Positions 8,240 to 18,049 of a stretch of DNA of 64,000 nucleotides are shown here, one piece after another. Each line of letters begins with the position of its first letter. Position 1 is the first letter of the stretch. The notes beneath the pieces are model-generated. The model was not told the DNA's origin, ran no database searches, and was given only the letters and a program-made list of their open reading frames with translations. The stretch is from assembly GCA_964621445.1 (NCBI GenBank), contig CAZUNO010000003.1, positions 64,001 through 128,000 on the forward strand, given 5' to 3'. The DNA comes from Candidatus Hadarchaeota archaeon (GTDB lineage Archaea > CAYQAE01 > CAYVLA01). The position numbers and the translations under genes are program-made.

Positions 8240-8812
8240 TTGGCAGATATCACTGAGATTCGCTGGCACGGAAGAGGCGGTCAAGGGGTAAAGACCGCCG
8301 CCGAAGTTCTGGCCGAAGCCGCCATTAGGGACGGGAAATACGTCCAATCGTTCCCTGAATACGGCCCGGAAAGAATGGGAGCACCCGTGCTTGCGTTCAA
8401 TAGGTTATCAAACGAAAGAATAGACCTTCACAGCAATGTTTATACCCCAAACCATGTGGTCGTCCTCGACCCCACATTGATGGAAAGCATGGACGTAAGC
8501 GAAGGTCTGGACGAGAAAGGCCTGCTTCTTGTTAATACCGAATTGGATTCAGAGGAAATCCGGAAGAAGACCGGTTTCCAGGGAGATATCCGAACGGTGA
8601 ACGCCACAAAGATAGCGAGGGAGGAAATTGGTCGTCCGATAGCTAACACCACAACCCTCGGTGCCTTCGTGGCTGCTACGGAACTAACTGGCCTGGACCG
8701 CATAAAGGACGCGGTTCGGGAACACCTTGGATCCAAGCTCGGTGAAAAGGTAATCGAGGCTAACATGAAAGCACTGGAGAGAGCCTACAAGGAGGCAAAG
8801 GAGAATGAGTGA
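8240..8812 (+). CDS. porG: Pyruvate/2-oxoacid:ferredoxin oxidoreductase gamma subunit
   Basis: EIRWHGRGGQG, FPEYGPERMGAPV. Confidence 0.93.
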   Translation: MADITEIRWHGRGGQGVKTAAEVLAEAAIRDGKYVQSFPEYGPERMGAPVLAFNRLSNERIDLHSNVYTPNHVVVLDPTLMESMDVSEGLDEKGLLLVNTELDSEEIRKKTGFQGDIRTVNATKIAREEIGRPIANTTTLGAFVAATELTGLDRIKDAVREHLGSKLGEKVIEANMKALERAYKEAKENE

Positions 8813-9086
8813 GAAACCAGGATGGAAAGAAATACCTCCGGCAGGACTAATACTGAAGGCCGGTAACGCCGAGGAGTACAAGACAGGAGATTGGCGTACA
8901 GAGAGGCCTGTGATCGATAAGGAGAAGTGCACGAACTGCCTGATCTGTTGGATAAGCTGCCCGGACACGGCCATCATAGTGGAAGATGGCGAGTTCAAGG
9001 GATTTGACCTCGATCACTGCAAGGGATGCGGAATATGTGCAAACGTATGCCCCAAAAAGGCCATTCATATGGAATCTGAGGAGTGA
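8805..9086 (+). CDS. porD: Pyruvate/2-oxoacid:ferredoxin oxidoreductase delta subunit
   Basis: YKTGDWR, two 4Fe-4S motifs, CKGCGICANVCP. Confidence 0.93.
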   Translation: MSEKPGWKEIPPAGLILKAGNAEEYKTGDWRTERPVIDKEKCTNCLICWISCPDTAIIVEDGEFKGFDLDHCKGCGICANVCPKKAIHMESEE

Positions 9087-10273
9087 TGAATTTGAGCAAA
9101 TCAATGCCACTAAACGGTGATGATGCTGGCGCCTTTGCCATGAAACAGATAGATCCAGATGTGGTAGCGGCTTACCCCATAACGCCCCAAACTGAATTGA
9201 TGCAAAATTTTGCCCAATACCACTCAGATGGCAAGGTGCGAACGGAATTGATAACCGTGGAGTCCGAGCATAGCGCTATGAGCGCTTGTGTTGGAGCCTC
9301 CTCGGCTGGGGGCCGGGTGATGACCGCCACATCCTCACAGGGTCTTGCTCTGATGTGGGAGATACTCTACATAGCCGCTTCCTACCGGCTTCCCATCGCC
9401 ATGAATGTTGTGAACAGGGCCCTTTCCGGACCCATAAATATCCACTGCGATCATTCCGACTCCATGGGAACCAGGGACACGGGGTGGATACAGATCTACG
9501 GCGAAAACCCCCAGGAAGTCTACGACAATACCATTCAGGCAATAAGAATAGCCGAGCACGATGAACTCAGACTTCCCACCATGTGCATGCAGGACGGTTT
9601 CATAACCTCCCATGCCGTGGAGAGGGTTGATCTTCTTGATGACCAGGTTATCCAGGATTTCATAGGAGAATTTTCGCCCAAATATCCGCTACTGGACATA
9701 GACAGCCCGGTAACATACGGTCCATTGGACCTTTATGACTATTTCTTTGAACACAAGATGCAGCAGATCGATGCCATGTCCAAGGCAGAAGCGGTGGTCA
9801 GGGAGATAGGGAAGGAATACGAGAAGATAAGCGGCCGTTCCTATCAGATGCTTGAGCCATATGGACTGGAGGATGCAGAACTAGTCACAGTGGTTCTAGG
9901 CAGCACCTCGGGTACCGCACGGGAAGCCGTCAAGGACCTGAGGGAGGAAGGAAAAAAAGTCGGAATGATCAAGATCAGATGCTTCCGACCATTCCCCAAG
10001 GACGAGCTCCTTGACCTATTGAGAGACGTAAACGTAGTTGCCACCCTTGACAGGTCCGATGGGATGGGCGCATATGGATCTCCCGTTTTCAATGAGGTAA
10101 GAAATGCCCTTTACGACGAGGAACAATCGCCGGAAGTTGTTGACTACGTCTATGGCCTGGGAGGCCGGGACATAGGCAAGAAGGACATAGCAAAGGTGTA
10201 TTCCGAGCTGGAGAAGATCGATTCAACCGGAGAGATCGAGAGACGCATTAACTATCTTGGAGTGAGGGAATAG
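9083..10273 (+). CDS. porA: Pyruvate/2-oxoacid:ferredoxin oxidoreductase alpha subunit
   Basis: AAYPITPQT, VESEHSAMS, TATSSQGL, NRALSGPINIHCDH. Confidence 0.95.
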   Translation: MMNLSKSMPLNGDDAGAFAMKQIDPDVVAAYPITPQTELMQNFAQYHSDGKVRTELITVESEHSAMSACVGASSAGGRVMTATSSQGLALMWEILYIAASYRLPIAMNVVNRALSGPINIHCDHSDSMGTRDTGWIQIYGENPQEVYDNTIQAIRIAEHDELRLPTMCMQDGFITSHAVERVDLLDDQVIQDFIGEFSPKYPLLDIDSPVTYGPLDLYDYFFEHKMQQIDAMSKAEAVVREIGKEYEKISGRSYQMLEPYGLEDAELVTVVLGSTSGTAREAVKDLREEGKKVGMIKIRCFRPFPKDELLDLLRDVNVVATLDRSDGMGAYGSPVFNEVRNALYDEEQSPEVVDYVYGLGGRDIGKKDIAKVYSELEKIDSTGEIERRINYLGVRE

Positions 10274-10284
10274 GAGGAATCTAA

Positions 10285-11235
10285 ATGCCGAGTCTAAAAG
10301 AACTATCAAAGAGGGAAGAACGACTTTCATCTGGACACCGACTATGCGCGGGATGCGGAGCCTCCGTGGCGGTAAGGCAGGTCCTAATGTCCACGGAAAT
10401 GCCCATCGTGGCCTGCGCGGCAACCGGATGCTTGGAGGTAGCGACCACCATATATCCATTCACGGCCTGGAAGATTCCCTTTATACACAATGCTTTCGAG
10501 AATTCTGCAGCCACCATTAGCGGCGTGGAAAGCATGTACCGTGCCCTTAAGAAAAGGGGAAGGCTGGACGAGGATCGAGACATCAAGTTCATCGCCTTCG
10601 GTGGAGATGGCGGAACTTACGACATCGGTCTCCAGTCATTATCCGGTGCCCTTGAGCGGGGGCATGATTTCACCTACGTTTGCTATGACAACGAGGCCTA
10701 CATGAATACCGGAATACAGAGAAGCAGCGCAACTCCGATTGGAGCCCACACCACAACGAGTCCTTGCGGTGACGAGATACCCGGCAAGAGGAGACACCGT
10801 AAGAACCTTACCCAGATAGTCGCCGCCCATGACGTGCCATACGCAGCCCAATCAACGCCAGCCCATTACATGGACCTGATACGGAAGGCGAAGAAGGCCA
10901 TAGAGACGAATGGACCCACCTTTCTGAACGTCCTATCCCCCTGCCCCAGAGGATGGAGGACGAAGGGAAGCGACTTCTCCACGATTGGCAAGGGAGCAGT
11001 TGAAACCTGTCTATGGCCTCTATACGAGGTCGTGGATGGAAAATACGTGTTGAATGGTATCACCAAGCGTATTGCTCAGGGTAAGAGAGACAAGAAACCG
11101 ATCGATGACTGGCTAAAGACGCAGGGAAGGTTCAAGCACCTTTTCAAGGACGAGAAGGGTAAAAAGGTCATTGAAGCCGCCCAGGCCAGGATAGATAAGG
11201 ATTGGGAGAAGCTCAAGGCCTACGCGTCTATTTAG
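10285..11235 (+). CDS. porB: Pyruvate/2-oxoacid:ferredoxin oxidoreductase beta subunit
   Basis: GHRLCAGCG; TPP-binding GGDGG...DNEAYMNTGIQRS; PCPRGW. Confidence 0.95.
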   Translation: MPSLKELSKREERLSSGHRLCAGCGASVAVRQVLMSTEMPIVACAATGCLEVATTIYPFTAWKIPFIHNAFENSAATISGVESMYRALKKRGRLDEDRDIKFIAFGGDGGTYDIGLQSLSGALERGHDFTYVCYDNEAYMNTGIQRSSATPIGAHTTTSPCGDEIPGKRRHRKNLTQIVAAHDVPYAAQSTPAHYMDLIRKAKKAIETNGPTFLNVLSPCPRGWRTKGSDFSTIGKGAVETCLWPLYEVVDGKYVLNGITKRIAQGKRDKKPIDDWLKTQGRFKHLFKDEKGKKVIEAAQARIDKDWEKLKAYASI

Positions 11236-11256
11236 TGACGGACAGAGGGCTGAGAA

Positions 11257-11586
11257 GTGGTTCTGGATATCTATTCCAAGGCACTAATCCTGGTAAACTT
11301 CTCGGTCCTTCTTTTTCTCCAAAGGTATTTTGATGTTCAGCTAATGATTGTTCCATTCGGGATACTTCTTGTTCTTCAATGGATCTGGATCTACAAGCTA
11401 CTGGAACCGCGGGGGTTCACCATTCCCGCCATTATCTCCTTTGTCTCTGCCGGCGCCCTGTACATACCAAACATCTCGATCCGGATAATCGGCCTTGCAG
11501 TCGTCATTCCTGCCATAGCGGTGGCAATGCGTCATCTCATTAAGCCAGAGAATAAGCAGGGGGCTAAGAACCCGGCCCGGATTTAG
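11257..11586 (+). CDS. Hypothetical 4-TM membrane protein
   Basis: Hydrophobic ORF directly downstream of porB. Confidence 0.55.
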   Translation: MVLDIYSKALILVNFSVLLFLQRYFDVQLMIVPFGILLVLQWIWIYKLLEPRGFTIPAIISFVSAGALYIPNISIRIIGLAVVIPAIAVAMRHLIKPENKQGAKNPARI

Positions 11587-11655
11587 CCGGTCGGGGACAA
11601 AACCGCTAGAACCAATTTATTAGATCTCTTCACCGATCTCCTACCGTGAACACAC

Positions 11656-12699
11656 TTGAGACTTCCTCCATTGGTCACTAATTTAATTGGGAGTTTCCCC
11701 CTGAGAAACACAAGGGAGAATTTCAGGGCCATACTAGATGACCAGGTAGAAGCAGGGCTCGATTTCGTTAGCTATCCCCAATTACTGGATATGAACTCCA
11801 TGTTCTTGGACCCTCTGGTGGACGAATCGACGGTCACTAAGGAGGACTCAAAATATATCATTAACGAGGACTTTAATCCCACTGTCACCAAAGAGGTGCG
11901 AAAATGGGCGGAAGAATCCCATGCCTACCTTCGAAAGAAGAAAGGAAGGATACCTCTCCGCTCCTGCGTTACTGGACCATTTACCCTTGCCAGCAATATC
12001 CGGGTCAAAGGTATGGAGGCCAAGCCATTTCCTCGCGGATACGCGGAGATAATCTCCGAACGACCCTGGGTCCTCGAAAAGCTCACCAAGTATGTGAAGA
12101 AGATCTGTAGACATTACTCAGTTACTAGCTCAATGATCAGCATAGACGAGCCCTTTCTCTCAATACTGGTTGGGAAGAGAAGAAACCTCCTGGAAATGGA
12201 GATGAGCCGGTCGGAGGCCTACGAAGTTGTGGTGGAGGTACTGGACACCGCTATTGGCGGCATAAAATCGATATCTGCTTTGCACGTTTGCGGCAGGATC
12301 GGGAGGAGGCTTTCCGAAATGCTCATGAACACCGATGCGCAAATAATGAGCCACGAATTCAGCTCTATTCCCGAGAACTTTGAATCCTACCCAAATGAGA
12401 AGGTGGAGGAGTATTCCAAGGTGATCTGCTGCGGGATTGTCACCACCACCCCAACCGAGGACGAGTCACGGGTTGAACCCGTGGAGTTGGTTAAGAAGCG
12501 GATGATGACGGCCATTGATCACTATTCCAAGGATCTGGTCCTTTTCTCACCAGACTGCGGGTTTAGGTCTTTGAGGAACTCCGAAGGCGAGAAGGAAGGA
12601 TACCGAATCGCCATGGACAAGATAGAGACCATGGTAAGGGCCAGAGGGGAGGTCGCCGCCGCCTTGGACCTAAAGGAGGATGAAGGGGAAGTGTCTTGA
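11656..12699 (+). CDS. Core (MetE C-terminal-like) methionine synthase / methylcobamide:homocysteine methyltransferase
   Basis: IGSFP, TGPFTLA, IDEP; Zn ligands HVC...E...PDCG; single barrel. Confidence 0.8.
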   Translation: MRLPPLVTNLIGSFPLRNTRENFRAILDDQVEAGLDFVSYPQLLDMNSMFLDPLVDESTVTKEDSKYIINEDFNPTVTKEVRKWAEESHAYLRKKKGRIPLRSCVTGPFTLASNIRVKGMEAKPFPRGYAEIISERPWVLEKLTKYVKKICRHYSVTSSMISIDEPFLSILVGKRRNLLEMEMSRSEAYEVVVEVLDTAIGGIKSISALHVCGRIGRRLSEMLMNTDAQIMSHEFSSIPENFESYPNEKVEEYSKVICCGIVTTTPTEDESRVEPVELVKKRMMTAIDHYSKDLVLFSPDCGFRSLRNSEGEKEGYRIAMDKIETMVRARGEVAAALDLKEDEGEVS

Positions 12700-13065
12700 T
12701 TGGCCAAGGGCACCGAATGTGAATACTGCGGAGAAAGGACCTTCATGCCCTACAGGTGTCGCTATTGTAATGGCATTTTCTGCTCTGATCATCGATTACC
12801 GGAGAACCATGATTGCGTTGGTCTGAGAAGAATCAGGAACCAACCCCAATGGGAGGATTACGCGAAACAGGTGAAGAGGAGATCCTCCGTCAGCTCGGGA
12901 CCTAACCTCGGGGAGAGATGGGATCGCGAGGAGGGTGGCCTGTTTGGAAACGTGTTTGGAGGCCGCCTGAGCAGTTCAAGGGACGTGAATAGGATGAAGA
13001 AAGCACTGGTCGCAGTACTGGCTCTGTCACTTATATTTGCCATAATGATCCGCTTCGTCCTGTGA
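12700..13065 (+). CDS. AN1-type zinc finger protein with C-terminal TM anchor
   Basis: CEYC...PYRCRYCNGIFCSDHRLPENHDC; C-terminal hydrophobic helix. Confidence 0.85.
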   Translation: MAKGTECEYCGERTFMPYRCRYCNGIFCSDHRLPENHDCVGLRRIRNQPQWEDYAKQVKRRSSVSSGPNLGERWDREEGGLFGNVFGGRLSSSRDVNRMKKALVAVLALSLIFAIMIRFVL

Positions 13066-13075
13066 AGGGTTTCAA

Positions 13076-13885
13076 TTGTTCTTGGCATTACTGGCATCCA
13101 TACCGGCCGTTTCCCAGGATCGGGAAATGTGCTCTCTTTACCTGGATACGGCGTATGAACTGGGAATAACAGGAGTGGAGATTAAGCTCGGGAACCACGA
13201 CCTTATCGGCCAAGACATGAAAAAATGGCTGAAGGAGGCCCTTGAGGTCTATGACTTTGATATATACACCCACCTACCCTACCTCCAGGGAGACGTCAAT
13301 CTAGCGAGTAGCAATGAACGGTTGGCCGATGAGGCGAGCTCCATTCTATTGGAGTCCATAGATTATTCGGCTGATCTTGGAGCATCGCTAGTCAATACCC
13401 ATCTGGGAGCGGGAAGAGGGGATGGCGGCTTCATCAAAAGAGCCGTGGATAGGCTGAAGGAAATAATTCCGTTGGCTGAGTGCAGGGATGTCGAAATATC
13501 AATCGAAAACCAGGAAAGTGGCTGTGACGGGATATTGAATTCTCCCCAGGATATCAAAAGGGTCCTAACATTGGAGAAGGACCTTTCCCTCACCTTCGAT
13601 GCCGGTCACGCCAAGACCCATGGGTTCGGCGTCCATGAGTTTCTTCCATCGGTTCTCCCCAGACTGCGTTACCTTCACCTACACGATAATAATGGTGGAA
13701 GGGACCAACACCTTAGCCTAGGAAATGGCAGTATAGATTTCCAGTATCTTTTCCATCAGCTAAATGAATTCAAAGCCGATCTTGTCGAAACGATGCCAGC
13801 GACGCTGGAGCTCACCTACCAAGACCTGGGTCCATCCCTTCGCTATCTTGAGGGAATTGAAAGAGGAACCATCGAATTCGCATAG
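13076..13885 (+). CDS. Sugar phosphate isomerase/epimerase (AP endonuclease 2 TIM barrel)
   Basis: HLPY, SIENQE, TFDAGHA, HLHDNNG.RDQHL.LG.G. Confidence 0.85.
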   Translation: MFLALLASIPAVSQDREMCSLYLDTAYELGITGVEIKLGNHDLIGQDMKKWLKEALEVYDFDIYTHLPYLQGDVNLASSNERLADEASSILLESIDYSADLGASLVNTHLGAGRGDGGFIKRAVDRLKEIIPLAECRDVEISIENQESGCDGILNSPQDIKRVLTLEKDLSLTFDAGHAKTHGFGVHEFLPSVLPRLRYLHLHDNNGGRDQHLSLGNGSIDFQYLFHQLNEFKADLVETMPATLELTYQDLGPSLRYLEGIERGTIEFA

Positions 13886-13895
13886 ATTGGAGGGC

Positions 13896-14510
13896 CTAGG
13901 CCATGAGATCCGCTAGAACCTCGTTCTGGGTGCTCTTGCTCATGTACAGCGAGTCCACCGTCTCACGGGCCTTTTCCTTGCTACCCAATTCAATTAGCAG
14001 CTCTATGAATTCTCTGTCCAAGCTGGAGAGAAGGTGCTCTTCCCGTTCTCTCTTTTGCTCCTCAAATGTCCCTCTACGCTCATCCAGGATGTTTTTAGCA
14101 TCCTCTCGGTAACCCATATCCTGCAGCAGGTCGATATACTCCTTGTCCAACGGGGTAAGGAATGAGTCCTGCCTTTTCTTGGCCCTTTGATAATATCCCT
14201 GGAGGAGTTCCTCGCATTCCTCCATCTGACCCTGGTCCATTAGTTCTCGGATATGTTGCCTCTCCTCGTCCCTCAACAGCCCATTTGGCTCGGACTTCAT
14301 TTCGGAGTAGGCATCGTCTATGAGGCGTCTTGCTTCATCCCGGTATTCCAATTTTAGCAGTGCCTCAATGTACTCCCTATCTATCTTGGACAGGAAGTCG
14401 CTCCTTTCTTCCTCGTTAGAACCGTTTCCATCCACTTTTTCTGCCTCCCTACCTTGGGCAATAACTTCTCTTTCACCGGTTACCTCATTTTCCTTTCCCA
14501 AGCTTATCAT
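13896..14510 (-). CDS. Hypothetical acidic helical-repeat protein
   Basis: Four ~30-aa repeats (L..LDREYIE.L..LG..E.A...LD); GAGGT RBS upstream of ATG 14510. Confidence 0.65.
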   Translation of the reverse strand: MISLGKENEVTGEREVIAQGREAEKVDGNGSNEEERSDFLSKIDREYIEALLKLEYRDEARRLIDDAYSEMKSEPNGLLRDEERQHIRELMDQGQMEECEELLQGYYQRAKKRQDSFLTPLDKEYIDLLQDMGYREDAKNILDERRGTFEEQKREREEHLLSSLDREFIELLIELGSKEKARETVDSLYMSKSTQNEVLADLMA

Positions 14511-14695
14511 GAACATACCTCGGTGCAAACTAAAATAGGGCTTATTAATCCGTAATTTAAGTTCGCTAATTACAACTTAATACTAATAATATAAATATTT
14601 CGGCTAATGTTTTGTGTTATTTGCATAATTCTGGTCTTTAGTTTGAAGTGGGTGCGTGCAAAGTCTATAAGAAGGCCCCTTTCCTAAATCCTTAT

Positions 14696-15598
14696 ATGCC
14701 TGGTGTAATCGGTCTTGGTGCCCTAAATATGGACAGGATAATGTTTGTTGATAAGATACCCGGACCGGATGAGGAAGGATATGTCCTCTCGGTCGAAAAC
14801 CACCCCGGAGGTTCGGCACCAAATACCATTGTGGGTCTCTCGCGCCTTGAAGTAAGAACCGGGCTCATAGGCAGAGTAGGAAACGATGTCGAGGGGGATG
14901 ACATGGTCTCCGACCTAAGGGAGGAAGGAGTGGAAACCAGGGGGATCCAAATCTGCGAAGGAAGGAGCGGAACTGCCCTTTCAATGGTCAATACCGATGG
15001 AGTAAGAGCCCTGATAATTGATCCCGGCGTTAATGACACAGTGGAGATGTCGGATATAGACATCGATTACGTGGGGGGATTCGAGTTGCTCCACCTGAGC
15101 TCCTTTATTTGTAAGAACACCGAACTCTCCTTCAGGACCCAGATAGAACTCGCTAAGAGGGTAGGTATTCCCCTCAGCCTGGATCCGGGACAGCTATACG
15201 CGGAAAGGGATCTTTCAGAACTAGAGCCGCTGATTAGCAGATGTCGGGTTATTCTACCTAACCAAGGGGAACTGGAAATGATGACCGGTGTTGGGATGGA
15301 GGAGGGAGCAGAAAAACTAATCGACATGGGGTGCGATCTAGTGGTTGTCAAGAGGGGTATGGATGGATGTTATTTGACTGATGGCGATATGGAGGAAAGG
15401 GTCCAGGCATACGGGGAGAAGGGAAAGGACACCACGGGAGCCGGGGATGCCTTTAACGCGGGCTTCATATACTCGATCATCAATGGCTTTTCCCCCGTCC
15501 AAGCGGCCGAGATGGGGACCAAGGTTGCCTGTTTCTCCGTACATGAGGCCGGTGCCCGTAAAGGTCTACCATCACTCGATCAGCTGATGTCGGACTAG
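14696..15598 (+). CDS. PfkB family carbohydrate/nucleoside kinase
   Basis: GALNMD, GGSAPN, DTTGAGDAFNAG. Confidence 0.92.
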   Translation: MPGVIGLGALNMDRIMFVDKIPGPDEEGYVLSVENHPGGSAPNTIVGLSRLEVRTGLIGRVGNDVEGDDMVSDLREEGVETRGIQICEGRSGTALSMVNTDGVRALIIDPGVNDTVEMSDIDIDYVGGFELLHLSSFICKNTELSFRTQIELAKRVGIPLSLDPGQLYAERDLSELEPLISRCRVILPNQGELEMMTGVGMEEGAEKLIDMGCDLVVVKRGMDGCYLTDGDMEERVQAYGEKGKDTTGAGDAFNAGFIYSIINGFSPVQAAEMGTKVACFSVHEAGARKGLPSLDQLMSD

Positions 15599-15601
15599 AT
15601 A

Positions 15602-16690
15602 TTAGCCCAGGCTCCCGATTGCCCTTCCTCTAACCTGCTTCCGGAATAACTCGCTTTCCGCGATAACCTCATCCATAGCTATCTCGGGGAGCCAGAACAG
15701 CGAAGGTGGAATCCCCTGCCCTATTGCCCCATCAAGCCCCTGGAAGACCCTTTCCCCGAGGAGGTCATCGGACCTTAGCTCGGATAGCAAAGATCGGCCC
15801 CACTTTCCAGTTGCCTCTCTCAAACCCTCGATGCCCGCTCTTTGATGCACATCCATGGCTGCGGCAGTCATCCAGCAGGTATCCGAGATTATTGCCACGT
15901 TCGAATTCCCGATTGCGTATCTATTCCCGTTAAAGGATATGGCTAGGCCGCCGGCCTTTCTGGTCCTTTCCAACATGACGCTATCCGTGATGCTATCGCC
16001 AATGACCCTAGCTTCGGGGAGCGATTTTCCCTCCAACTCCAATGCCTCGGCCAAGGCCGTAAATTTCCTCTTTCCACCGACGGGCTTTGTATGGTCTAAG
16101 AGAGGTGCAAATGATGTTTCAGGTAACTTTTCCCAGAAGAAATAATCGAGTTGTTCCTTGGCCTGGAGTTCTAGGTCATCCAACTCACCTTTCTCCCCGG
16201 CTTCAATCACCGGCATCTCAATTATTTTTGAGGTCCAATCCTTGATCAGCCGTACGTCCTTCTCCTCCACATCCTGTTTGTATGAATCTATTGGAAATCG
16301 CGTGCAGAAGTACTTACCCTTTTCCACCCCCAGCAGCACTGCTATTCTTTCCACGTACTGCTCGTAAGAGGTGGATACCAGGTAAAAGGGATCCGTCTCC
16401 TTTATGTACCTTATGGACTGTCGTGCACCTGAAATCAACTTGGTGTTGTTGGGGAGGTTAGCTACCGTCCTCAAGAAGGAGTCCTCGACCCCAAAGGCCA
16501 CCAAAAAGGGAGCTACCAGCATTAGGGTGTCCCCAGCCTCGTACCCGGGCGCCCGTTCGAAGAAGAATCGGTAGTCATCATAGGCTGATAGAACCTCGAA
16601 TAGAGCCTTTCCCTGGGGGATGCCCTTTGAGACAGAATCAAATGCGTGATCGGCCTTCACCCATGGGCCTTCGAGGTCTGACACGATCAA
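15602..16690 (-). CDS. EhaR-like HAD-superfamily protein
   Basis: SDLEGP (motif I variant), YEAGDTL.L.APFL, VSTSYEQY, GDSITD, SFNGN.YA. Confidence 0.75.
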   Translation of the reverse strand: MIVSDLEGPWVKADHAFDSVSKGIPQGKALFEVLSAYDDYRFFFERAPGYEAGDTLMLVAPFLVAFGVEDSFLRTVANLPNNTKLISGARQSIRYIKETDPFYLVSTSYEQYVERIAVLLGVEKGKYFCTRFPIDSYKQDVEEKDVRLIKDWTSKIIEMPVIEAGEKGELDDLELQAKEQLDYFFWEKLPETSFAPLLDHTKPVGGKRKFTALAEALELEGKSLPEARVIGDSITDSVMLERTRKAGGLAISFNGNRYAIGNSNVAIISDTCWMTAAAMDVHQRAGIEGLREATGKWGRSLLSELRSDDLLGERVFQGLDGAIGQGIPPSLFWLPEIAMDEVIAESELFRKQVRGRAIGSLG

Positions 16691-16694
16691 TATA

Positions 16695-18044
16695 TCACCC
16701 GCGCCGGATCCTCTTCATGTGCCTTATTCTAGTCTGGACCAGTTCCTCTCTACCAACGTCCCGTCTATAGAAAACCGGTCCCTCGACCCTGCTTATGGCC
16801 CTTTCCGCAATCTTCTCTGCGGATTCCATGTCATCGGCAATTCCCGTACAGGCAAGAGCCCTGGAACTGCTCATGTATATTCCATCCTCGCGCTGGTCAA
16901 CTGAAGCGTAATGAACCAATGCCTCCGTCTCACCAAGACCTCCGATGTCAATCTTCTTGCCCTTCACGGGATTCGTGGGATACCCTTTTGGTGCCAGGTA
17001 CTTGCAGACGGTGGCCTTGTCCTCAAAATCCGGGGATAGCTTTCCTAGGTCGCCCTCTGCCATTGCCCAGCATAACTCCAGGAAATCGGAGCTCAGTATC
17101 GGCAGGACATTCATGGCCTCGGGATCACCCCACCTGGCATTGAACTCCAGGATTTTTGGTCCCTCGGAGGTTAGGGTGAAGCCTCCATAGAGCAAGCCCT
17201 TGAACTCCAGACCCTCTTTTCTCATCGCGTTTACGGTCTTCTCCATCACTTCCATGGCCTTGAAAAAATCGGTTGCAGTCATGAAAGGTAGTAGATGATT
17301 ATGATCAGAAAATGATCCCATGCTTCCGGTGAAAGGCCCGGTATCTCCCTCGTAGGCGAATTTATTGTCCTGGACCAGAGGCGTGGGCAGGACCCTCTTT
17401 CCATCAACCAGTGTTTGAAGGGTGAACTCCTCGCCCTCCAGCTTCTTCTCCACCAAAACCGCCGGTTGACCGCCTATTTGCTCCTCAATGACCCTACGAG
17501 CGTATTCCTTGGCCTCCTCAAGATCCTTCAACTGACCCGTCAAATCCGGGTCGACTATCTTGACGCCCTTTCCACCGGTTAAACCTATGGGCTTGACCAC
17601 CACCGGACCATCCACATCATCAATATATTTCTCGGCTGCATCCGCCTCGATAAACCTCTCCCAGGAATTTTGTCCTGGAACTTGGTATCTATCCATCAAT
17701 GAGCGTGCAAAAAATTTGCTGGTCTCTATGGCGGCCGCCTTGCGGGTTGGACTGGCACACGGCACTCCCTTCTCCTCAATTTCATCGACGACCCCGGCCG
17801 CTAGAGGCTTTTCCGGACCGATTACGGCTAGATCCACCCCTGCCTGCTCAGCAAAGCCTGCCACGGCCTTTCCGTCCGATATGTCCCCTATTTCCAGTTC
17901 ATCGGCCAGGTCAACTATTCCCGGGTTTCTTGCCTCCACGAAGGCGCATAGCTCCGGCTCCTGTGGGCTACTCACTAATGCCTCGCAGATCGCGTGTTCT
18001 CTGGCCCCGTTCCCAACAACTAGTACCTTTTGCATTCCCATCAA
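16695..18044 (-). CDS. purD: Phosphoribosylamine-glycine ligase
   Basis: VGNGAREHA, IGPE.PL, KPIGLTGGKGV, EFNARWGDPEA. Confidence 0.95.
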   Translation of the reverse strand: MMGMQKVLVVGNGAREHAICEALVSSPQEPELCAFVEARNPGIVDLADELEIGDISDGKAVAGFAEQAGVDLAVIGPEKPLAAGVVDEIEEKGVPCASPTRKAAAIETSKFFARSLMDRYQVPGQNSWERFIEADAAEKYIDDVDGPVVVKPIGLTGGKGVKIVDPDLTGQLKDLEEAKEYARRVIEEQIGGQPAVLVEKKLEGEEFTLQTLVDGKRVLPTPLVQDNKFAYEGDTGPFTGSMGSFSDHNHLLPFMTATDFFKAMEVMEKTVNAMRKEGLEFKGLLYGGFTLTSEGPKILEFNARWGDPEAMNVLPILSSDFLELCWAMAEGDLGKLSPDFEDKATVCKYLAPKGYPTNPVKGKKIDIGGLGETEALVHYASVDQREDGIYMSSSRALACTGIADDMESAEKIAERAISRVEGPVFYRRDVGREELVQTRIRHMKRIRRG

Positions 18045-18049
18045 CCCTG

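Noticed and set aside
12697-12702. In-frame TGA directly followed by the next ORF (MetE-core to AN1 finger): possible selenocysteine or readthrough
   Set aside because: Both proteins are complete on their own, a purine-rich RBS-like stretch precedes the TTG, and no Cys-equivalent position or SECIS is evident.
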